Made by a program: the position numbers and the translations under genes. Positions 1 through 6,407 of a stretch of 32,000 nucleotides of DNA are shown here, one piece after another. This stretch comes from Candidatus Methylomirabilis oxygeniifera (GTDB lineage Bacteria; Methylomirabilota; Methylomirabilia; Methylomirabilales; Methylomirabilaceae), in contig FP565575.1 in the NCBI GenBank assembly GCA_000091165.1, positions 990,001-1,022,000 of the forward strand, written 5' to 3'. The notes under the pieces are model-generated. The model did no database searches. It saw nothing but the letters and a program-made list of their open reading frames with translations, and was not told where the DNA came from. Position 1 is the stretch's first letter. Each line of letters opens with the position of its first letter.

Positions 1-444
1 ATCCGGATGAACGAGTATCGTTGAAAAAAGGTCGATCGACTTCACCTCGCCCTCCTCCCCTAGCACATCGATATACTCGCCGACACGGTACGGCTTTGTA
101 AAAATAATCGTCAGTCCGGCAATGACGTTGCTTAAGACGCCTTGAAGTGCCAGTCCAAGGCCAATCCCCGCCACACCCAGGCCGGCGAGGAACGGGGAGA
201 TCTGAATCCCCAGGTTATCGACGGCTACCACAAATGTCAGGAGAATCACGACCACACGGATCGTGCGGACGATCAGGATACGAACTGGAGGCTCAATCTG
301 CTGGCGTGACACCCATGAGTGAACGACATTCCCGATCCATCGGGCCACGAGCAGACCGGCCGCCAGGATGATCATGGCCCCGAGAACCTTGAATCCGTAA
401 CGGATGGTGAGGTCGATTACGAGGTCTGTCGGCGACATGGTCAT
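1..444 (-). CDS. MscS-family mechanosensitive ion channel, partial (3' end outside window)
   Basis: Reverse strand translates to MTMSPTDLVIDLTIRYGFKVLGAMIILAAGLLVARWIGN...TKPYRVGEYIDVLGEEGEVKSIDLFSTILVHPD; the KPYRVGEYI / GEVKSIDLFSTIL segment is typical of the MscS beta domain. Confidence 0.85.
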   Translation of the reverse strand, partial: MTMSPTDLVIDLTIRYGFKVLGAMIILAAGLLVARWIGNVVHSWVSRQQIEPPVRILIVRTIRVVVILLTFVVAVDNLGIQISPFLAGLGVAGIGLGLALQGVLSNVIAGLTIIFTKPYRVGEYIDVLGEEGEVKSIDLFSTILVHPD

Positions 445-509
445 AGCGTAGGTCTCTCCTGCCTGTTGTGGTTCATCGGTAGTACCCCTCTTCCAGACCG
501 CTACTCCGG

Positions 510-1286
510 TTATCTGGAGAAGACCTCTTTGAGAAGATCGGTCACGCGAGCCGTCGGATCGGTCCTGATCTTGCGTTCCTCTTCACCCAATACATGGAAC
601 AGTCCGCCGAGACCCTGAGAGACGACATACTGATCGATGTCAAATGCCGTACTCTTTACGAAAGGGATGGATTGATACAGCGCGATCAGGTCCTTGTATT
701 GCCGAACGACGCCGACCTCATTCATCGTCTGCTCGACGACCGGCCGAAAGGCGGCGATCAACTGGTTCGAGGTCTTGACCTTAAAGTAGTCTGTGGCTGC
801 CGTCTCGCCTCCGGCGAGGATCGTACGGGCATCATCGAACGTCATCGCAGAGAGGGCATCGGTGAAGATCTGCGCAGCGGCTGGAGCCGCCCGCTCAGCA
901 GCCTGATTCATGCTTTGTATCAACGCATCTACCTGATAGCCGTACCCGGCCATCCGCATCGTGGTCTCCAGCATTTGAAGTTGTTGCGGCATCAGAATCC
1001 TGATCGCCGGGTTGCCGAAGTATCCATTCGACCTCCCGGTCAACGCAACGGCATTCTGCGTGCCGATCCGTAACGCCTCTTTCAGGCCTGAGCCGATCGT
1101 TCCAGCATCGAGCCCGTCCTGCGGGCCTGACCCGAAGCCCGTGAAAGGCTGAGTGAAGGGCCACCATCGGGGAGCCGGAACATTCTGCCCTTGCGCGGCT
1201 GCCTGTTGTCGATCGGCGAGGATAAGCGTCAGGAGGCACAGGACGAGTGTAGCACATCGTGTTCTAAATTTCTTTTGCATCGCCAA
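510..1286 (-). CDS. DUF4197 domain-containing protein with N-terminal signal peptide
   Basis: 258-aa ORF; hydrophobic N-terminus; GLKEALRIGTQNAVALTGRSNGYFGNPAIRILMPQ and FDIDQYVVSQGLGGLFHVLGEEERKIRTDPTARVTDLLKEVF match the family pattern. Confidence 0.85.
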   Translation of the reverse strand: MAMQKKFRTRCATLVLCLLTLILADRQQAAAQGQNVPAPRWWPFTQPFTGFGSGPQDGLDAGTIGSGLKEALRIGTQNAVALTGRSNGYFGNPAIRILMPQQLQMLETTMRMAGYGYQVDALIQSMNQAAERAAPAAAQIFTDALSAMTFDDARTILAGGETAATDYFKVKTSNQLIAAFRPVVEQTMNEVGVVRQYKDLIALYQSIPFVKSTAFDIDQYVVSQGLGGLFHVLGEEERKIRTDPTARVTDLLKEVFSR

Positions 1287-1355
1287 CCTCCTGTGTGGAC
1301 GCGAATGATCGGCCTTGCGACGCGCCGATCAGGCGAAGACTGCGCCATGGTCCCT

Positions 1356-1790
1356 TTAGATTGCAGATGTGCAGTAAGCGCAGCGCGTGGCCTCCAGGTG
1401 AATACTAGACAGACAGTGAGGGCACGACTTTGTCGTCGGTGCGACCGGCGCTGCTTCAGGCTTCCTTTTCATGCGGTTGATTTGCCTGATCAGCAGGAAG
1501 ATCGCAAAGGCCACGATCAGGAAATCCGACACGGTGTTCAGGAACACTCCGTAATTGATGGTGGCCGCACCCGCAGCCTTGGCTGCGGCGAGCGTTGGAT
1601 GGTTATTGCCGGAGAGATCGACGAACAGGCCGGAAAAATCGGCCTTGCCGACCAAGAGGCCGACGGGGGGCATAAGAATATCGGCTACAAAAGAACTGAC
1701 GATCTTGCCGAAGGCGGCGCCGATAACGATCCCGATGGCCATGTCGAGGACATTTCCGCGCATCACGAATTCTTTGAACTCCTTAAGCAT
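1356..1790 (-). CDS. mscL: Large-conductance mechanosensitive channel MscL with C-terminal zinc ribbon
   Basis: [34 protein letters not shown] is the MscL N-terminus; AGGAGG upstream of the internal Met favours the start at 1790 over 1871; C-terminus [18 protein letters not shown]. Confidence 0.93.
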   Translation of the reverse strand: MLKEFKEFVMRGNVLDMAIGIVIGAAFGKIVSSFVADILMPPVGLLVGKADFSGLFVDLSGNNHPTLAAAKAAGAATINYGVFLNTVSDFLIVAFAIFLLIRQINRMKRKPEAAPVAPTTKSCPHCLSSIHLEATRCAYCTSAI

Positions 1791-2055
1791 CTTCGTCCCT
1801 CCTTTTGTATAGTAGCGCGTTATTGTGTCTGCCTCTACGGCGACAGAGGGCGTCGTGGTCGCGCTTTTCACAAACGGCTTTCAACGGCCCCAATTTATGA
1901 ACAAGGGTGAGGCGGCGGCGTATGCAGATCCCCCCAGGTGTCGTTGACCTGTGCGATACGCGATCAGTGAATTGTGCCAACACCCGGTTATGAAGCAATC
2001 GGCGCTTGCGCCCGCTTTCCGGCGTTGCTATGATTCGCAGCGACCTCGATTCGGT

Positions 2056-2556
2056 TCATACTATAGAGATCCTATGCTCCCGCAGAAGCTGTCGAAGACG
2101 CTGGCCATTGATACGCTCGATAGGCGGCCCCTCGGCAAGTTTCGGAACCTCTTCGGAAAAGAAGCCGGTTGTGATGAAGATGCCCTTCAATGCGCCTTCA
2201 GCGCGCACCGCATCGCTCAGAGCAATAATCCGGATGGAGGAGATCGGCATTTCAGGCGGGGTCAGGACGCAACGGACGATGTAGCTGCCGCCGGTGATCG
2301 GTTGGGGGTTGACCGCGATGACGTCGATCTCCCCGTGTCGGTCGCGATGGCAGCCCGTGATCGACAGGCCCGTCTGCTCCAGAAGGCGGACGCAGAGGCG
2401 CTCAAACTGCTCCGGCGAGAGTCGTTCCAACTGTTGCTGCTCGGCGCCCCTGGGTTGATAGTAGGCCTTTTCAGCAGCCATCGGCGAGGCGGAACGATTG
2501 AGGAAAAAGATCAGGCCCAGACCGAGCAGGATGGCAGCCGTCACCAGAATGAACAT
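2056..2556 (-). CDS. Membrane-anchored Mrr-like restriction-endonuclease-fold protein
   Basis: N-terminal TM segment (FILVTAAILLGLGLIFFL), then LSPEQFERLCVRLLEQTG...RHGEIDVIAVNPQPITGGSYIVRCV...KGIFITTGFFSEE, resembling Mrr_cat proteins. Confidence 0.65.
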   Translation of the reverse strand: MFILVTAAILLGLGLIFFLNRSASPMAAEKAYYQPRGAEQQQLERLSPEQFERLCVRLLEQTGLSITGCHRDRHGEIDVIAVNPQPITGGSYIVRCVLTPPEMPISSIRIIALSDAVRAEGALKGIFITTGFFSEEVPKLAEGPPIERINGQRLRQLLREHRISIV

Positions 2557-2767
2557 GCGCCTCGCTCTTCAAGGACCGTAGATACTCAGGCAGATGGACC
2601 ATGGGGCGTTAGACTGTAGGAACGCGCACGGATGAGCCAGGCGTTTGCCGAATGTGATGCGAATGATGATGGAGAACGAAAAGGTTCTGGGCGCCTTGAT
2701 TCGGTCCATGTGCAACGACTAACAGCCTTCAGCCTACAGCCTAAATACCTGAGTAGTTACCAAGGAC

Positions 2768-2935
2768 CTATCGATACATCTCTTCGAAGATTCGATCTCT
2801 TTGACCCTTTTTGATCAAGCGGTCATGGCGAAATGCTTGCTTCATTGCCGATCCAAGACACACCAGCGTCAGTATCAGCATGCCGATGATCGGGATGTTG
2901 TCCGGCTGTGTCGCAATGGCGATAACATTCTCCAT
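2768..2935 (-). CDS. Small single-TM hypothetical protein (55 aa)
   Basis: MENVIAIATQPDNIPIIGMLILTLVCLGSAMKQAFRHDRLIKKGQRDRIFEEMYR; AAAAGGAGG upstream of this internal Met of the 2768..3094 ORF; one TM helix then a basic tail. Confidence 0.7.
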   Translation of the reverse strand: MENVIAIATQPDNIPIIGMLILTLVCLGSAMKQAFRHDRLIKKGQRDRIFEEMYR

Positions 2936-3074
2936 GTAGAACCTCCTTTTCATCGAGATTCTAGCACCGCTACAGGTGATGGCAAGTCTTTTGTCGGGAT
3001 GGTTCAGTGGACGATCCGATTTATTGTCTGGTGAGTCCTGAGAATAAGAAGCCGATAAGAATAGGGGGCGACTG

Positions 3075-4133
3075 ATGCAATGGTCGATATACATCCTCGT
3101 AATCAGCTTGGTCCTGATCGAGCAGGCCTGGGGGACTCAGCCCGTGCCGATTCGGCCCGGTGAAGCCGACCAGGCGTATCAACGTGGCGTACGGCTGCAG
3201 CAGGAGGGACGGCTGGCGGAGGCGATTGAGGCATTCCGATCCACCCTTCGGCTCGCGCCCACGCGGGCCTTCGTCTATGTGAAGCTGAAGGAGGCCTATG
3301 GTCGCGGACGGACCGGCGATCAGGTCGGTACAGAGCTTAAGGCGAAGGCCGATCAGGACGGCGCCGATTTCGTTTCCTGGAATCTGCTTGGTGTTCTGTA
3401 TGCGAAGCAAGGGCGCTGGGCCGAGGCCATAGCGGCACTTGAACGGACGGTACAGATCCAGCCTGCAGATGTCGATGCATGGACGAATCTCGGATGGCTT
3501 TCATCGGAATTAAAGCAGAGTCAGAAGGCGCGTGAAGCGTTCCGTCGAGCCCTTGCGCTCGATTCTGCCTATGGGCGCGCTCATGCCGGCCTGGCAGGTC
3601 TCTATGCCGAGACGGAAGGCGAGTATGACAAGGCGATAGAGGAGTACCGGCTCGCATTAGCGGCTGAGCCGGGGAATTCGGACTATCTGTACGATATGGG
3701 GTGGGTGTACTACCGGAAGGGGATGACCGACGACGCGCTGAAGATCTTGACAGAGGCGTCAACCTTGAGTCCGGACGATCCGGCGGGACGGACGAAGATC
3801 GGGTGGGCGCGGCTTCGGCGGAAGGAGTATCAGGTTGCAATTGAAGAGTTTGAGCGGGCATTGCGAGCGCAGCCGGAGTACACCTTCGCTCGGTTCGGGT
3901 TGGCGCGGGCGCTGCAGGCCGAAGGAAACGACGACGCGGCCGTTGTGGAGTATAAGCGGGCTTGGCGGGAGGCCAATAACGATGTCTACCTCTTGTATCT
4001 TGTCAGACTCTATCTGCAACGCAACCTCTGGGCTGTATTCCTGGCTGTGATATTCACGGCAGGTCTGACGCTCGTATGGCTCATACGGCGCAGACGCCTT
4101 CCGCAGGATCCTCAGGCTACGTTCGGAAAGTGA
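3075..4133 (+). CDS. TPR-repeat protein with N-terminal and C-terminal hydrophobic segments
   Basis: 352 aa; repeated helical pairs such as AEAIEAFRSTLRLAPTRAFVYVKLKEAYG, AEAIAALERTVQIQPADVDAWTNLGWL and YDKAIEEYRLALAAEPGNSDYLYDMGWVYY; C-terminal TM LWAVFLAVIFTAGLTLVWLI. Confidence 0.88.
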   Translation: MQWSIYILVISLVLIEQAWGTQPVPIRPGEADQAYQRGVRLQQEGRLAEAIEAFRSTLRLAPTRAFVYVKLKEAYGRGRTGDQVGTELKAKADQDGADFVSWNLLGVLYAKQGRWAEAIAALERTVQIQPADVDAWTNLGWLSSELKQSQKAREAFRRALALDSAYGRAHAGLAGLYAETEGEYDKAIEEYRLALAAEPGNSDYLYDMGWVYYRKGMTDDALKILTEASTLSPDDPAGRTKIGWARLRRKEYQVAIEEFERALRAQPEYTFARFGLARALQAEGNDDAAVVEYKRAWREANNDVYLLYLVRLYLQRNLWAVFLAVIFTAGLTLVWLIRRRRLPQDPQATFGK

Positions 4134-4228
4134 TGATGGCGGACATTTAGGCCTCGCAATCTCCGGTGCCGAACATGCTTACGCTGCGCCCCATCTGCAT
4201 CAATAAGAGATTTCTCGTCGTCGCGCAT

Positions 4229-4236
4229 TTTGTTCT
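4229..4236. repeat. Left copy of 8-bp target site duplication (TTTGTTCT)
   Basis: TTTGTTCT directly precedes the left inverted repeat; identical 8 bp at 6220-6227 directly follows the right inverted repeat. Confidence 0.85.
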
Positions 4237-4260
4237 CGGAATTGTTCACTTGACAAAGCA
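4237..4260 (+). repeat. Left terminal inverted repeat of the IS1595-family element
   Basis: 20/24 identity with the inverted copy at 6196-6219, including an unbroken 13-bp block ACTTGACAAAGCA. Confidence 0.83.
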
Positions 4261-4278
4261 TAAGGTGATCTCTATGAT
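4250..4278 (+). promoter_or_regulatory. Sigma70-type promoter at left IS end (TTGACA-N17-TATGAT)
   Basis: TTGACA 4250-4255, 17-bp spacer, TATGAT 4273-4278, reading into the cargo ORF. Confidence 0.6.
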
Positions 4279-4286
4279 TCCAATCT

Positions 4287-5048
4287 ATGGGCAACTTACA
4301 GGCTTCTATAGGGTCCGCTCGATTGTTATTGTTGGGAATTATCAAGCGAGCTTGGTCTTGGCTACTTCTCGCATTTGTGACCTTTCCAGGCGCGTATGAC
4401 CGATACAAATGGATTTTTCCGCACGATATGCAGGTAGCGTCAATGCCATTGTGGGTGTCTCTCGGATTGTTGGGAATTGGGCTGATTTACGCAATGTTCA
4501 TGACCTACCATGAATTGAATATGCAGGCAAAAACCATGCAACACCAACTTGATCCGACCCTTGATATTCTGTGTGGCAACGATCCTCCGCTTGAGGAGCG
4601 AGAAATCTTAGCGGGCAGTCAAGATGTGCAATGGCGTTATTTTCGTATTGGCATAAAGAATATAGGAAGCACAACAGTCGAGGATGTTGTCGTCCGTTTA
4701 GAGGAGTTATATGACTTAGCATCCGACCCTCCCGCAAAGAGCCCAGTTCCTCCCGTGATATTGAGACAGATGAATGATAATCCATTCAATGGACAATATC
4801 AGCAAAGTTTCAGATTGCACCCCGGACAGATTCAGTACATTGACGTTGCGTGGAAGCCAGAGGCTGCTGTGACGATTGACCCCGATCAAATTAGACTGGG
4901 GTATGCTCAAATGTCACCTTCCTTAATTTCATGCCGACGCCATGAACTCTTAATACAGGCCGCTGGCAGAAACGTTCCAGCAAAAAGTCGGTGGTTTTTT
5001 GTAGATGTGAATCAAGATGGGCAACTTATATTCGGGCCTAAGAATTAG
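4287..5048 (+). CDS. IS cargo: hypothetical membrane protein with C-terminal beta-rich domain
   Basis: 253-aa ORF; two hydrophobic segments, then QWRYFRIGIKNIGSTTVEDVVVRLEEL and QSFRLHPGQIQYIDVAW suggesting an Ig-like/beta-sandwich domain; lies inside the IS boundaries. The start codon may be further downstream. Confidence 0.65.
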   Translation: MGNLQASIGSARLLLLGIIKRAWSWLLLAFVTFPGAYDRYKWIFPHDMQVASMPLWVSLGLLGIGLIYAMFMTYHELNMQAKTMQHQLDPTLDILCGNDPPLEEREILAGSQDVQWRYFRIGIKNIGSTTVEDVVVRLEELYDLASDPPAKSPVPPVILRQMNDNPFNGQYQQSFRLHPGQIQYIDVAWKPEAAVTIDPDQIRLGYAQMSPSLISCRRHELLIQAAGRNVPAKSRWFFVDVNQDGQLIFGPKN

Positions 5049-5056
5049 GACTGATC

Positions 5057-5209
5057 GTGAAGCAACCACTTAAAGCTGAGCAAGACAAGTCCGTCCGCCT
5101 CAAACCCCTCTCGCTCTACCCGCTCACGCCAGAGCAAGCTCTGTCAGCCTTCATGCAGGTCAAGCCGAAGAAGGGTAGGAAGACAGTGAAGCTAAGGGCA
5201 ACTCAATGA
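5057..5209 (+). CDS. Short accessory ORF of the IS1595-family element (50 aa)
   Basis: GTG start; VKQPLKAEQDKSVRLKPLSLYPLTPEQALSAFMQVKPKKGRKTVKLRATQ*; follows the cargo gene and overlaps the transposase 3' end convergently by 7 nt. Not in the supplied ORF track. Confidence 0.5.
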   Translation: MKQPLKAEQDKSVRLKPLSLYPLTPEQALSAFMQVKPKKGRKTVKLRATQ

Positions 5210-6141
5210 AACACCAACCGCTTGCCGATGCTGCCGCGAATGGCCTCAACAGTGCGCTCACCGTCCGTGACGGTTCGGTGATCCCATCGGAAGCCGAACT
5301 CGTCGCAGTAGCGGTGCAGATGCGTCTTGGAGAGATGGTGAAACGTCCCATGCACGCCGCGCTTGAACAGGGCGAAGAACGATTCAGCCGTATTGACATG
5401 CACGTCGCCCCGGGCATACTCGCCCTTGGAGTGTGTGACCGTCTGATGTCCACCAGTAAAGCTATGGCCGATCCCATAGTAGACCGAGGATTCATCGGTC
5501 ATCAGTTCGGCATCATGCCGCACCCGCTCTCGGATAGCGGTCTTGACCGTCTTCGCCGTGACCCGTTCGACCTGTCGGGCATGGAGCCGTCCGCCACCGC
5601 CCCGCTCAACCAGTGCGACAACCGGCACTTTGCGCTCAGACGCCTTACCGCGCTTGCCCAATCGCGTCTTGCCGCCGACAAAGGTTTCGTCCACCTCGAC
5701 GATACCCTTCAAGAGCTTTCGCATCGGCATTTCGCGCATAGCAAAGCGAATCCGATGGGCCAAGTGCCACGCCGACTTGTACGATTTCAACCCAAGGGTG
5801 CGCTGCAACTGAAGCGCCGAGACGCCCTTTTTGCTGGCGCACATCATATGGAACGCCTGAACCCACTGCCGAAGTGTAATGTGCGACCGCTCCATGACGG
5901 TCCCGACCGTGACCGTAAACTGCTGACGGCACCCATTGCATTGCAGCAGCCCATCCCTGACCTTCAGGGACTTCGCCGTAATTCGTGTTGCTTTGCGACT
6001 CTCGCAATGCGGGCAGGTCGGGCCATTCGGCCAGCGGACACGCTCCAAAAGCATCCGCGCCTCGTCTTCTGTCAGCCGAGCGACATCAATCGCGGCCATG
6101 TCTTTCAGATCGGTAAATGTTGGTGGCATGTAGCGCATCAT
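5203..6141 (-). CDS. IS1595 family transposase
   Basis: N-terminal zinc ribbon CPHC...LQCNGCRQQFTVTVGTVMERSHI; DDE-like core GIVEVDETFVGGK, MTDESSVYYGIG, VHVNTAESFFALFKRGVHGTFHH. Confidence 0.93.
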   Translation of the reverse strand: MMRYMPPTFTDLKDMAAIDVARLTEDEARMLLERVRWPNGPTCPHCESRKATRITAKSLKVRDGLLQCNGCRQQFTVTVGTVMERSHITLRQWVQAFHMMCASKKGVSALQLQRTLGLKSYKSAWHLAHRIRFAMREMPMRKLLKGIVEVDETFVGGKTRLGKRGKASERKVPVVALVERGGGGRLHARQVERVTAKTVKTAIRERVRHDAELMTDESSVYYGIGHSFTGGHQTVTHSKGEYARGDVHVNTAESFFALFKRGVHGTFHHLSKTHLHRYCDEFGFRWDHRTVTDGERTVEAIRGSIGKRLVFH

Positions 6142-6177
6142 CAGCCCCCTTGTTTTAGTGTTATGTGATCTACGTAA

Positions 6178-6206
6178 ATATTATAACAAGGAGTGTGCTT
6201 TGTCAA
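6178..6206 (-). promoter_or_regulatory. Transposase promoter at right IS end (TTGACA-N17-TAATAT)
   Basis: Minus strand TTGACA (6206-6201), then TAATAT with 17-bp spacing (or TATAAT with 15-bp spacing), upstream of the transposase start. Confidence 0.55.
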
Positions 6207-6219
6207 GTACATATTTCCG
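6196..6219 (-). repeat. Right terminal inverted repeat of the IS1595-family element
   Basis: Inverted partner of 4237-4260, 20/24 identical. Confidence 0.83.
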
Positions 6220-6227
6220 TTTGTTCT
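6220..6227. repeat. Right copy of 8-bp target site duplication (TTTGTTCT)
   Basis: Identical to 4229-4236. Confidence 0.85.
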
Positions 6228-6233
6228 TGACAA

Positions 6234-6281
6234 GCACTATATATCGTAGTAATTAAAATATCACTATACTACATATAGTAG
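6234..6281 (+). promoter_or_regulatory. Two NrdR-box-like palindromes upstream of the ribonucleotide reductase gene
   Basis: 6234-6249 gcactatatatcgtag and 6266-6281 atactacatatagtag, each 12/16 to acaCwAtATaTwGtgt, starts exactly 32 bp apart. Confidence 0.65.
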
Positions 6282-6407
6282 CTATGTGGTCGCGGAGACC
6301 GATTCGCCGGGTTAGCGATAGACGGCGTATTTACGTATATGGCATCGAATAGTTGGAATCTCAGCAAATCCGAGTTGCGTCAATTGTCCCAGGTAAAGGA
6401 GGACACC

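Larger units (their letters stand above)
4237..6219. mobile_element. IS1595-family insertion sequence carrying a cargo gene and a short accessory ORF (1983 bp)
   Basis: IS1595-type transposase on the minus strand; imperfect 24-bp TIRs (CGGAATTGTTCACTTGACAAAGCA at 4237-4260; inverted CGGAAATATGTACTTGACAAAGCA at 6219-6196; 20/24 identical); perfect 8-bp TSD. Confidence 0.85.

Noticed and set aside
5206-6168. 320-aa plus-strand ORF antisense to the IS1595 transposase
   Set aside because: The transposase motifs are clear on the minus strand and this translation shows no recognisable domain.
6196-6238. GTGCTTTGTCAAG...CTTGACAAGCAC considered as a single palindromic operator or terminator
   Set aside because: The left arm is part of the IS terminal repeat and the right arm is native DNA after the target duplication, so the pairing arises from the insertion junction; only the resemblance is kept as an observation.
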